64,000 nucleotides of DNA from Eledone cirrhosa (lineage: Eukaryota): positions 17,298,001-17,362,000 of the forward strand of contig OZ024746.1 in the NCBI GenBank assembly GCA_964016885.1, in the 5' to 3' direction. The position numbers were made by a program, and so were the translations under genes. The notes beneath the pieces are model-generated. The model had not been told where the DNA came from. It ran no database searches and worked only from the letters and a program-made list of their open reading frames with translations. Numbering within the stretch: the first letter of the stretch is position 1; each line of letters starts with the position of its first letter. This document shows positions 14,700-27,612 of the stretch, piece after piece.

Positions 14700-15318
14700 C
14701 TGTGTTTTATTTGTCATCCTTTGCCCTTTATATATTTCTACCACATTATACCGACTTTTGGAACTTATCGGTCATTTCTTACATATTTATTTATTTAATC
14801 CATAGGTAAACATGAACTGGTTCCATTCTGCAATTCCAGACTGCTAACATGAGAATGAAATACTTCATCAGTGACAGAGATTCCTTGGAAATGGTAATAA
14901 TGGCAGATGTGGAATTGTTTGGAATTACTTCCTAAATAACTTTGTATGTCATTTTTACCTTGCTTCTATTGTTGTTGTTGTTCTCACCACTGCCACCACC
15001 ATCATTACCACCCCCACCATCATCATTACCACCCCCATCACTACCACCACCACCACCACCATCATTACCACCCCATCACTACCACCACCACCACCACCAT
15101 CATTACCACCCCCACCACTACCACCACCATCACCATGATTACCACAACCATCACTACAACTAGTACAGGACAACCCATCATGCCAGTATGTAGAATACTC
15201 ATTAAACAATGATAATAATGATAATGATGATGATGATTAAATCAACACTGATTGTTTTTCCATATAATTACATTTATATTTCCCAGGTTGATGTTGACTA
15301 TTTAAAAATCATCTCAAG

Positions 15319-15628
15319 ATGACAACAAAAGAAGCAATGAATGCCTCTGAGAAGTTGAAGAATCTTCGGCGCCGGTTAGACCAACTTGGTTATAAGGATT
15401 CTCTTGGTATTGAATCTTTACCATTAGTTGAACGGCTGTTTGTGGACTTGTTGAAGACAATTGAGGACCACCGCAAGCTGAAAGTAGAGAACTCCAAGAA
15501 ATGTGTTGTACAGGAACCAACAATGGTTGACACCTATAAAAATGATAATGCCAAATTGGTGAAGGAGAACAATACTTTAAATTTGAAACTTCTAAAAGAG
15601 ACGGAACAACACAATGTTGTTGAAAAAG
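15319..15628 (+). CDS. CEP135: Centrosomal protein of 135 kDa, coding exon 1 (exon starts 15287)
   Basis: MTTKEAM...NLRRRLDQLGYKDSLGIESLPLVERLFVDLLKT...YKNDNAKLVKENNTL resembles the conserved CEP135/Bld10 N-terminus; acceptor tttcccag at 15286, GT at 15629 (phase 1). Confidence 0.92.
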
Positions 15629-15711
15629 GTTGGAACCAATTATTGATCTCTGTTTTTTGGTTTGGATTTCTGAGGTGGGGAATCATTATTATTGTTATAA
15701 GGACAGTAAAT

Positions 15712-16850
15712 TGGCAGTATCGGTAGAGCATCAGACACCATGCTGTGCAGCATGGAGTTATGGCCCTTTACGTTTTGAGTTCAAATCCCGCCCAGGTTAG
15801 CTTTGCCTTTCATCCTTACGGGGTTGATAAAATAAAGTACCAGTAATGCACTGGGAGCAATTTAATCGACTTTCCCCTCTCCCCAAATTCCTGGCCTTGT
15901 GCCTATAGTAGAAATGATTATTATTATTAGAATCCTTAGAGCATTGGACAAAATGCTTTGCAGCATTTAGTTACATCCCTTTGTGTTCTGATTTCAAATC
16001 CTGCCGAGGTTAGCTTTGCCTTTCAACCTTACGGAGGTTGATAAAATAAAGTACCAGTAATGCACTGGGGTCTATGGAATGGTAGTATCGGTAGAGCGTC
16101 AGACAAAATGGTTTACTGTATATACGTTCAACTTTCTATGTTCTAAGTTCATGACATCAACTTGACCTTTCATCCTTGTGGGTTTAATAAAATAAATTAC
16201 CAGTAAAATATTGGGGTTGAAAAATCAACTTTCCCCTTCCCCCTAAATTGCTGGATTTCTCCCAACATTAGGAAGAATCATTATTATTATGGCAGTCATG
16301 AGGGCAGTGGATTGGTCGTATCAGTAGAGTGTCAGACAACATGCTTTGGGGTCTAGAATTATAACCCTTTATGTTCTAAGTTCAAATCCTGCCTTGGTTA
16401 GCTTTACCTTCCATCCTTATGGGGTTGAGAAAATAAAGTACCTGTAATGCACTGGCGTCAATTTAATCGATTTTCCCATCCCCTGAAATTGTTGGCCTTG
16501 TGCCTAAACCAGAAACCATTATTATTGGCAGTATCGGTAGAGGGTTGGACGCCATGCTTTCTAGCATAGAGTTACGTCCCTTTACAGTCTGAGTTCAAAT
16601 CCCGCCGAGGTTAACTTTGCCTTTCATCCTTATGGGGTCGATAAAATAAAGTACCAGTAATGTACTGGGTAACTGTTGGCCTTGTGCCTAATGTAGAAAC
16701 AATTATTATTAATACAGTGGTGAGTTCTTCTAATAACTGGAGTCTTGTCCAAACTTGTGCCTAAATTAGAAATCATTATTACGGCAGTCGTTAGAGTGGT
16801 GGATATTTGTTCCAGGTCTCTGCGCTCTGAGTTCAAATCCTGCCAGGGGT
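15712..16850 (+). mobile_element. Head-to-tail cluster of ~5-6 SINE family A copies
   Basis: Repeated ggcagtatcggtagag...gagttcaaatcc...gtaccagtaatgcactgg...ggccttgtgcc units with (att)n ends. Confidence 0.85.
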
Positions 16851-17625
16851 GAATAAAGAAAGCATCAACCCAACAAGGATACAACCCTTTCTTCTTCCAG
16901 TTATCACATCCTTGATGTTCCTCTGGATCAAGAGGTGGGTAGAGAAGGTCTCCGTGTCTTCTCATAACTGTATAGACATCTAAAACCCATAGAAAAAGCA
17001 TGGTACCTACTACCAAGTCATACTCGATTGTAATTGATGGCTGTAGTTATTTTATAAAACTAATAATCACCCTGAACTTTTAAGTAGGGACTTTTCGAAA
17101 TAAGATTCTCTGAACTTTTAACTCAAAATAAGATTCTCTCCAACCATTATATAATTATATAATGGTTGGAGAGAATCTTTTGTGAGAATTATAATTCTCA
17201 CAAAAATAGTCATTTCTTCATATTGCCATACAAACTATTTTTTTGAAATTTTTGAAACTTTTGCAACTTGGATTTTGAAACGTTTTTGAAACTTTCACAT
17301 TTTATAAATTGTTACCATAATGAGTGTTTTAATGTAATGCATTGCTATTCTGTGTGAAATATTAATATGAAGCCTTTTAATAAACTCTGAGGATGCCGAT
17401 GCTAAATTGCAAACTAGGGATTAAATTATCAAATTATAACCCAGTGGTTGAAATTCTACACTGACAGAAACATTTGTCAATTTGATAATGTTTTAAATCT
17501 TTAGTGTTTCTAAACTTAATGTATAACAGCTTTGCATGACCCCTACTGCATTAAGTTTTAAATAAACCTGTAAATGAGTTTAACTACTCCTGTTAATAAT
17601 ATTATAACTATGATATTAATACAAC

Positions 17626-17665
<40 letters not shown>

Positions 17666-18001
17666 GGAGGCACATGGCTTAGTGGTTAGAGCATTGGACT
17701 TGCAATCGAAAGGTCGTGAGTTCAATTCTCAGACCGGGTGATGTGTTGTTTCCTTGAGCAAGACACTTTATTTCACATTGCTCCAGTTTACTCAGCTGTA
17801 GAAATGAGATGATAGGGACTGGGGTCCATATCATATCCACTGCAAAGAGGTCGTGCAGGTGCCACGGCAAAAAAGCACCCAGCACTCACTGTAAATGAGG
17901 TTGGTGTTAGGAAGGGCATCCAGCTGTAGAAATCAAGCCAAAATCAGTTCCCGTCCCACCCTTGCAAGCAGGGAAAAAGCGGACGTAAAATGAAATGATG
18001 A
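17666..18001 (+). mobile_element. Full-length CORE-type SINE (family B) with RTE-derived 3' tail
   Basis: A-box tggcttagtgg, B-box gagttcaattc, CORE-like ccttgagcaagacactt; tail matches the RTE 3' ends in this window. Confidence 0.85.
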
Positions 18002-18025
18002 CACACATACATTTTTTCTTTACAG

Positions 18026-18193
18026 ATCTAAAGTCTTCCCTACGAAAGTCTGAACACACACTTGCAGATATAAAATTCTTAAACAACCAGTACTTACACA
18101 AGTTAAAATTATTGGAGAAAGAATCGAAAGAAAAGTTGGACAGAATCCAACAATTACAAGAGAAAAACTTCCATGCTGTTGTACAAACACCAG
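18026..18193 (+). CDS. CEP135: CEP135 coding exon 2
   Basis: tttacag|...DLKSSLRK...KFLNNQYLHKLKLLEKESKEK...LQEKNFHAVVQTP G|gtcag; phase 1-1. Confidence 0.93.
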
Positions 18194-18470
18194 GTCAGAT
18201 GATCTATGTAATCTTTTATTGGTTTCAATCACAAATATTTGGAGTCTTATCTAGAAAACCAGAGTCAAAACATCTGGCTATGTAGAATATAGTTGAAATG
18301 ATCAGACAAATTTATATGAAGTGCTTTCCTTTGGCTTTATAACTTTTTTCATCTCTAAAAATTTAGTTTATAATTCAAAAACCACAATTGGACACCAAAC
18401 CACGTAAAACTGCCTCAAGTTCTACAATACAAAACTGTTTTAAAATATTTATATTTATATAAAAACTTTC

Positions 18471-18501
<31 letters not shown>

Positions 18502-18829
18502 ATGGCAAGTCAGGCTTTTGTCCTCTACTGGTACCATGTAACTTAGTACAACCTGTTCATGGTTGACTAGTTGGTGACTAAATCGGCTTCCAACCAGCCC
18601 CTCATCTGGTGAAGAGGGTAAGTGGAACCACAGCAGCAGAAAAACAAAAGCTGTTAAAGGGTGGATGGACGGCTTAGAGTCAATGGCCATCCACACCCAA
18701 CTATGGGTTAAATAACCTCACCAATCTGCAATTGGCCAGGCATGGTGAATACAGCTACACCCCTGACATGACGAAAACCAAAAGTGGTGGAGGTTAATCA
18801 GGGAGTGAAAAATCCTTGGATTGGTTTGG

Positions 18830-18865
<36 letters not shown>

Positions 18866-19224
18866 CAAGTATAGGTTATACGTTTAGATTACATATAGCC
18901 CTGCTGCCTCACTCAATGAATCAATGAATATATATATGAATATATATATGTATATATGTATGTATGTATGTATGTGTGTATATATATATATCAACATAGT
19001 GCTCTCATCTGATTTTGTTTCCCCATAACTTTTAAAATAATGTATATTTTGAAAAGAGACATGTTCAAATATGTAGATAAGGATATATTGATAAAATTAA
19101 AAACAAAAAACAAAACAAAAAAAAAATGTTATTTTCTTTCACAGAAAATGCCAGAGTTCTCTGTGATCTTAAAATGAAGGTTTACCAAACTACATACATT
19201 TATAAAGGACATGTTGTTTTATAG

Positions 19225-19451
19225 GTGGTAGAAAGAAAAACATTCCATTTCGTCGACAACGTATGGTGGTTGATTCCTTGATACCCCCTGAAGAACCTGA
19301 TTTACCAACCCCTCCTCCACTTCCTGATCCATATATAGCGGACATGCTGGAGACGGCTGATAAACGCATTGCAGAATACGAAGAACAAATCACAGAATTA
19401 AAAGACAACAATGAATTATTAGAGAGTAAACTGGAGAACTTCAAGCAACAG
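19225..19451 (+). CDS. CEP135: CEP135 coding exon 3
   Basis: ttttatag|GGRKKNIPFRRQRM...DPYIADMLETADKRI...FKQQ|gttatt. Confidence 0.92.
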
Positions 19452-19568
19452 GTTATTATTTTGATTGGATTTTTCTTTTAAAAATCAACAGGGGTATTAA
19501 CATTAAACTGTAGGGTGGGTAAAATATATTTACATATGTGTGTGTGTGTATATATATATATAAATATA

Positions 19569-19686
19569 AATATTGCCCGTACAGGTAATCAAAGTATGTA
19601 CATTTTTGGGACACCTTATATATATATATATATATAGGGTGTCCCAAAAATGTATACATACTTTGATTACCTGTACAGGCAATATT
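19569..19686. repeat. Inverted repeat with (TA)n loop; arms resemble Tc1/mariner MITE termini
   Basis: gtacaggtaatcaaagtatgtacatttttgggacacc-(TA)n-ggtgtcccaaaaatgtatacatactttgattacctgtac. Confidence 0.7.
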
Positions 19687-19934
19687 ATATATACATATAT
19701 ATATATAAATATACCACATACTAGATGTGGTTGGTGTTAGGAAGGGCATCCAGCTGTAAAAAACCCCAGCAAAATACAGTTCTGTTTGAGCAAGGTATGG
19801 CACAGCCAACTGGCCAAACTTGTCTCATAATGGAGAAGACCCATCTAACCCATGAAAGCATGGAAAAATAGATGTTAAACAATGATGATGATGTTTCATA
19901 TATATATATACATAGGTGTATATATATATATATG

Positions 19935-20640
19935 CAGATCTTGGATACAATGTAGATGTAGTGGGATAGCAGGCAAACTAACAGGTAGGGAGAAATACAT
20001 ATGCAGTAGATGTACAGGGAAATTTGACAGTAGAAGGCGCATTGATAGACACATTTTTCAAATACAGGTAGGGTAGGTGCTATAGAAGTGGTTGATAGCT
20101 TCTGGTACCTAGGTGATCAGATAGCATGGGGGGTGGGGGGTGCTCCGAGGCCAGTATCTAGAATAAGGACAGGTTGGAATAAGTTTAGGGAGTTGCTTCA
20201 TCTGCTGACAAAGTACGAAAGGCCGGTTATATGATGCCTGTGTGAGGTGCATGGTGCTGCATGGTAATGAGACATGGGCAGCAACTGCAGAGGATATGCG
20301 ACAGCTGGAGAGAAATGAGGCAAGCATGCTCCGTTTGATGTGCAATATCAATGTGCGTGAATGACCGAAGATGGATGTGTTGAGAGGGATAAGTTGTAGT
20401 GTGCGGGAGAGGAGACTGCGATGGCATGGAGGATGACCGCTGGGTAAAGAAATGCCAGTTGAAGGAAGACGCAGTAGAAGAAGACCACGAAAAACATGGG
20501 TGAAGGTGGTGAGAACAGACCTCAGATCGCTGAAGCTCATGGTGGAGATGACGAAGAACCGTGACAAGTGGAAAGATGCTTTGCTGAATAGGACCCGTCC
20601 CACCCTTGCAAGCAAGGAAAAGCAGATGTAAAATGATGAT
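19935..20640 (+). mobile_element. RTE LINE, degenerate 3' part
   Basis: Homologous to 592-1160; stops and frameshifts; (GAT)n tail. Confidence 0.88.
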
Positions 20641-20684
20641 ATATATATATATGTGTGTGTGTGTGTGTATATATTGTTTAATTT

Positions 20685-21140
20685 GACAAGTGATGGAAGG
20701 CAGGAGGCTGATTTAAATGCAAGAATTGCTGGAGCTGGTGCAGTAATGAGTCAGCTTCAGCATTCGGTAATCAGGAGGCAGGAATAGGTGCAAAAGTCAA
20801 ACCCTCTACCTTCAAGTTAGTATTTATGCTAACCCTTAATTACTCACAAGTCTTGGATAATGACCAAAAGACTACGATCACAAATACAAGCGACCAAAAT
20901 GGAGTTCCTCTGAAGTGTTTTGGAGTAATGTTAGTTGATAGAGTGCATAGCTCAGAGATGAGAGAGTCACTCCAGGTAGAGCAGCTAATTCTCCGAATTG
21001 AGAGATCACAACTCTGATACTATGAGAATGTGGTTAGAATGTCTCAGGAAAGAATTGCTGGATAGATTTTGCAGGCAAAGCCAACTGGCAGTTGACTCAG
21101 GGGTAGATCCCAAGTAAGATGGTTGGATAATATCCATGAG
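20685..21140 (+). mobile_element. Second RTE-like LINE fragment (different family)
   Basis: Degenerate translation DLNARIAGAGAVM...LILRIERSQL...RGRSQVRWLDNI resembles the RTE RT C-terminal region. Confidence 0.65.
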
Positions 21141-22100
21141 TTCAGTTGTTCTTTCATGATTTTGACATACAGACATAGACATACACTAATTTTAAATATA
21201 TTGTTATATAAATAAATATACGTAAGTACACAGATTTACAAATACCTATAGATATTAAAGTATACTTCATAATTTATATACATACACACACACACATTGG
21301 AAATGAATTTTCTATTCAACAATATGAGTCTGACGATAAAGATATGTGGTTTTGTTCTTTTATCATTGCACATGTGTAACTAAAAGCTGCTGACAGAAAC
21401 TGTTACTATTAGCTATATAGGATATATGTGTATGTATCTATATATATATATATATGGCTGACTGAAAATACATCTTCCTCTTCTCACTCTCCTCTATCTT
21501 GCTATTTCTTCTTTAATTTCTCATTCTATATTCTGATGAAGGATTAGTGTCCAAAACATGAAGACTCTTTTCCTACTATGTCAAGTGTTAAACTAATATA
21601 TTTCTTCATTGTACTGTGCTGTTTGCTTTGATGTTTCCATTTACTTTTTGCATACACACATATATATATATATATATAAAATTAAATAATTATTTCATAT
21701 AGAAATGAGTTCTATCTTCTCTACTAATGTATTGAGCACTTTATTTAAATGTGGTTCTCATTCAGTCCTCTACGAGCGAGACATGGTCTCCCGACCAATC
21801 CTGCATCAAATGGAACAAAACCATATAACCCATGCTCACGTGGAAGATGGACATTAAACGATGATGATGATGATGATGATAATGATGATGGTGATGATGA
21901 TATAATATATATAATATATATGATATATATATAAAATGTATATGATATATATATATCTATCTATCTGGAACTTGTATATTCATAGTCACATCTGTATAGT
22001 TGTGCTTGTGTGTATATATATATATATATATAAGTTTTAATATAGATGAGATTCTACAGGACTAGAACTGTTTCATTCTTTAGAAATCATCAGGAATCCT

Positions 22101-22149
22101 GATTCCTGATGATTTCTAAAGAATGAAACAGTTCTAGTCCTGTAGAATC
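22101..22149 (+). ncRNA. Minimal type I hammerhead ribozyme motif (family H1); mirror copy on - strand at 22050-22098
   Basis: GATTC-CTGATGA-tttctaaagaat-GAA-ACAG-ttctagtc-CTGT-A-GAATC: full core, stem I GATTC/GAATC, stem III ACAG/CTGT, GUA cleavage triplet. Confidence 0.75.
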
Positions 22150-22232
22150 TCATCTATATTAAAACTTTTATACTCTGCAATGTATTGAGAGCCTTACTTA
22201 CTGTGGTTACCTCCGATTCAACCCGGAATAAC

Positions 22233-22276
<44 letters not shown>

Positions 22277-22974
22277 TTACATATGGCATCTGTATATGTG
22301 GTTTTAGATGTATGTATGTGTAGATATGTTTGCGTGTAGGCATATAATTGAACGCAGAATAGAGAATTGGAATAAATACCGCTGCTCTAACAATTCTACC
22401 AACCTACCACCAATCCCACCAACATTTTTTCATCCCCCCATACACTCATTTCCACACTCATTGCCTGCCTTCCACTGACCCGTTAAATTTCTGTGGCCAA
22501 ATTCCTATTGTCTATGTTTACATCACCCTGCTAATCCTATCATAATTACCCTATCTCAATTATTATTACCTCCTTCCTCCTGGTCACCAACAGGACCACT
22601 TTACAGTGTGGGCTGAGCACTCATTGTCGTAGCACCAAGATGAACACTATAGTGTGGATTGGCAACTTGGGTGGGGGAGATGCATGGAGAATTGGGAAGG
22701 TAGATGTAGGGGTGGGGGTGTTAGGGCGTGGGTAGGGTGATTATAAGTGGGAGGTGTATGGGAAGGAAGGTGGTGCATACTATATGTATGCCTCAGCCCC
22801 TACACATGGGAAGGCCGGTCTGCTGTATTATTGCATAGCACCAGAGATCATGGTCCTGTGCCATTGCCTTTGAGAGGTGCAATTGTGGAAGGTCAGCTTT
22901 TATGACCTCATCCCAAGTCTTCCTAGGTCTGCCCACTCCATCAACTTTGAGTGCTCTGCACCTTTTTATACAGT

Positions 22975-24140
22975 TAAGACAGTTTTAAACCCAAAGCAAT
23001 TTATTCAATCAATTATATATTTGCCATTTCGTTCCAATACCTCCCACCATCTTCTAGGTAAATCCATTGTTCCCTGTTCAAAGAATTTCCTGTCTTCACT
23101 GGTGAAGAACCCCTCCAAATGAATTTTCACAACTTCTGAAGAATTGAAGGTCTGTCCATTCAAAGAATTTTGAAGAGACCGAAACAGGTGGCAATCTGAA
23201 GGAGCAAGGCCAGGATAATATAGAGGGTGAGGCAAAACTTTCCAGTCAAGCCCTAGTAACTTCTGTTGTGTCTGCAAGGAAGTGTGTGGCCTGGCATTGT
23301 CTTAATGAAAGACAATGCCCTTTTGATTAGTAAGTTCTGGATGCTTCTTGAGGATCACTGTGTTTAATTTATCCAGCTGTTCACAGAAAACATCTGAATT
23401 GATGGCCCTGTTTGTAGGAAGAAGCTCATAAAAGACAACACCGTTCTAATCCCACTAAATTGAAAGCATAATCTTCTTTAGGTGAAGTCCTTCTTTGGAG
23501 GTTGTTTGTAGAAGTTCTTAGTGCATACCCCATGATCGTTTTCACTTCACATTGTTATAGACAATACATTTTTCATCTCCAGTTACCATTTTTTCGAAAA
23601 GGGGTTGTTTTCTTCACATTTATGCAAGAAATCACAGATGGAAATCTAGTTGTGTGAGGTTGGCTTCATTCAATTCATGGGGAACCCAAACATCGAACCT
23701 ACTGACATGCAGATGGTTTTCAACACTAGATTTGGATATCTGGAGAATATCTGTGATCTCTCTGGTTGTAAGATGATAGTTGGTGTCAACTAACTCCTTC
23801 ACTTAGTCATTATTAAGCACAGTTGGCTGTCCAGAGCGAGGTGCATCTTGAATCAAAAAATTTTCCAATCGAAATCTTGAAAACCACTCTGGCATACACG
23901 TTCTGCGACAGCATCCTTTGGACACAACACATATGTTCCTGCAACTTTCTGACGCTTTCTTATATTTTTAAATAAAAAAGAATGATGTTTCGATAATGTT
24001 CATTTTGGTTCTCCGTTTTGAGGGTTAAGATAAGCGCACATAATACAACCAATCTTATCAGAGTTTCACCACAAACAACTTTGAGGTACCAAGTATCTAA
24101 CAAGTGCATACAAGAAAGGAAAAAAGTAAAGTTAGCAACT
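22975..24140 (-). mobile_element. Mariner (DD34D) transposon remnant, inactive
   Basis: Minus strand WKVLPHPLYYPGLAPSDCHLFRSLQNSL (YSPDLAP motif) and VTGDEK upstream; stops and frameshifts; boundaries approximate. Confidence 0.9.
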
Positions 24141-24199
24141 ATGAGAGCGTCTGAAGTTTAATATTGACAAAAACTGAAAGGGCTTTTTGGCATACCCAA

Positions 24200-24580
24200 T
24201 ACTATTACTAACACACCACCACCACTACTACTACTACTAGCCACCATGACCACCACCACTACTGCTACTACTAATAGCACCACCATTACTACTACTACCA
24301 CGACCACCACCACCAGTACTGCCACTAGTAATAGCACCACCACTACTACTACCACTATTACTACCACTACCACCACTACTAATAGCACCACCATTACTAC
24401 TACTACCACTACCACCATTACTACTACTACCACCACCACCACCACTGCCACTAGTAATAGCACCACCACCACTACTACTACTACCACTACTTCTACCACC
24501 AGTACTGCTACTACTAATAACACCACCATTACTACTACTACCACTATTACTACAACCATTAGTACCACCACCACCACTGT
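24200..24580. repeat. (ACC/ACT)n compound microsatellite
   Basis: Direct reading. Confidence 0.95.
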
Positions 24581-24714
24581 TGCTGCTTTTGGATAAGTAA
24601 ATTATTTATTTAGTTATAAGTCAACAGTAACTGTTAAATCATTTAGACTTCTATCCCTTACATGTCAGATCAATATTGTTGTTGTTGTTGTTGTTGGGTG
24701 GTGGGTGGTGGGTT

Positions 24715-24915
24715 GGCAGAATTGTTAGAGCATCGGTTTGCATTCTGATTCTCTGCGTTCAAATTCTGTTGAAGTTAGCTTTGCCTTTCATCCTTACGGG
24801 GGTCAGTAAAATAAAGTACCAGTAACATACTGGGGTCAGTTTAATAGACCCCCCCCCCCCCAAAAAAAAAATATTGTTGGCCTTGTGCCTAAACCAGAAA
24901 CCATTATTATTATTA
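24715..24915 (+). mobile_element. SINE family A
   Basis: gttcaaattc...ctttgcctttcatccttacggggg...gtaccagt. Confidence 0.8.
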
Positions 24916-25239
24916 GTAGAGTGGTGAGCTCTGCTAGTAACTGAAGACTTGTCCAAACTTGTAGTCCCTCCCTCCCCTCCTCTCTCTCTATTGATTACTT
25001 ACCTTATATCTTTCCTTTCTAACCTTTCCTCACTGTGTGTGGGTGGGGTGGGGGTATTGTGTGTGGGTGGGGTGGGGGTATTGTGTGGTGTGTGTGTGTG
25101 TGTGAGTCTGTATTGTGGGTGTGAGTTTGTGTGTGTGTATGTGGTTATGTAAAGGAATTCTTTATACATGCAAGTCTATGCTACATATTTCTGTTTAAAC
25201 CACCACCGTCTGCACCATACCCCCTCCCCCACTATCTAC

Positions 25240-26330
25240 AGCACCACCACCACCACCACCACCACCACTACTAACATTATGCTGCCCTATTCCCCTCCAC
25301 CACAACCACTGCATCCACCACCATCACTCTATCACGACCGCCGCCATTACCACACCCATCACCACCACACCCACCACCACCCACCACAATGCCACCATCA
25401 CTACACCCACCACTACACCAACCACCACCACCACTAGCACTCTGCTGCGCCACCACTACATCCAGCACGATCACACCATCATCACTACACACACCACCAC
25501 AACCACCATCACTACACCTAGCACCACCATCACTACACACACCCACGACCACACCCACCACCACCATCACTACACCCACCACCACCAACCACCACTACAC
25601 CCACCACCACCAACCACCACCACACAACACCCACCACCACTACACCTACCACAACACCCACCACCACCACAACAACACCCACCACCACCACCACAACACC
25701 CACCATCACTACACCCACCACCACCACACAACACCCACCACCACTACACCTACCACAACACCCACCACCACCACAACACCCACCACCACCACACAACCAC
25801 CACCCCCACACAACCACCACCACCACCACAACACCCACCACCACCACTCCACCACCACACAACCACAACTACCACCACAACACCCACCACCACCACAACA
25901 CCCACCACCACAACAACACCCACCACCACCACATCACACACCACACCACCACCACCACAACACCCATCATACACCACACCACCACCACCACCACAACACC
26001 CATCACACACCACACCACCACCACCAGCACACCACCACCACCACAACACCCACCACCACCACACACCACCACCACACCACCACCACCCACTACCACAACA
26101 CCCACCACCACCACACCACACCACAACAACACCCACCACCACCACATCACACACCACACCACCACCACCACAACACCCATCACACACCACACCACCACCA
26201 CCACCACACCACCACAACACCCATCACACACCACACCACCACCACCACCACACCACCACCACACCCACCACCACACCACACCACCACAACACCACACCAC
26301 CACACCACCCACCACCTCCTTCCCTCCACT
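25240..26330. repeat. (CAC/CCA/ACA)n low-complexity tract
   Basis: Direct reading. Confidence 0.95.
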
Positions 26331-26603
26331 AATCACACTAAATACAACCAATACAGGAACCTAAACACAATAACTTATATATTTCCAATATATAACTCCG
26401 GTAAGTGAGAATTTTCTGGCAGGGGGAGGGTTTCTTGGTGAGGTGGGGTGAGGGTGACAAAACATATATACTCACGTTGTTGTTGTTGTTGTTGTTGTTA
26501 CCATTGAATAGTTGGTGATTTGTTTTATGTCAAACTGAAGTTGAAAAAACTTTTCAGGTAAGTTTTGTTTGAAATTTCTCATGTATATATATATGTGTGT
26601 ATA

Positions 26604-26661
<58 letters not shown>

Positions 26662-26733
26662 CATATATATAAATATATGTCTAACTTATGCTAGCGTGGA
26701 AGATGGACGTTAAACAAAGATGATATGTACATA

Positions 26734-26779
<46 letters not shown>

Positions 26780-26923
26780 TATGTACATATCATCTTTGTT
26801 TAACGTCCATCTTCAATTATGTACACATATATATATATAAATATAATAGAATAATCGAGTATCGGAAAATCAGCTCACGAATTAACGATAAACAATATCC
26901 GATATGAGTAATATATATATATA

Positions 26924-27005
<82 letters not shown>

Positions 27006-27142
27006 TATATATATATATGTGTGTACATATAATTGTTTCTACATTTGGCACAAGGCCAGCAATTATCCAGTGTATTACTGGTACTTTATTTTATCGACTC
27101 CGAAAGGATAAAAGGCAATTTCATTATATATATATATAATTT

Positions 27143-27200
<58 letters not shown>

Positions 27201-27229
27201 ATATTTATATATTTATATATATATATATT

Positions 27230-27346
<117 letters not shown>

Positions 27347-27351
27347 ATGCA

Positions 27352-27612
27352 AAAGTTCTATTTAAATTGTTGGGATACAACAAGCAAATATTTTTATAAC
27401 TGATATAAAGCACTCAACAAGTATTTGGAGTAGATATACGATATTAACAAATGGAAACTATATTTATAAAACCATATTTATTTCAATTATACATATTTCA
27501 AGGATACCAAGTTAAATTATGGTATGCCTTCATCAGACAAAATACAATATATACCAGTTTTATAAATAAACATTGACGTACCCTTTTTAAAATGCGACCG
27601 TTACTTTTGGAA
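27352..27612 (-). mobile_element. Hammerhead-bearing element (family H2), Penelope-like pLTR candidate
   Basis: Homologous to 56957-57207; minus strand CTGATGA-AGGCATACCA-loop-TGGTATCCTT-GAAATATGTATA. Confidence 0.7.

Noticed and set aside
17666-17740. tRNA gene
   Set aside because: A and B boxes are present but there is no acceptor stem, and it continues into a SINE body found in several copies
21326-21415. CTGACGA...GAAAC hammerhead-like spacing
   Set aside because: Could not build convincing stems I and II around the core
24158-26408. Poly-T/V/H/P ORFs
   Set aside because: Trinucleotide microsatellite translations
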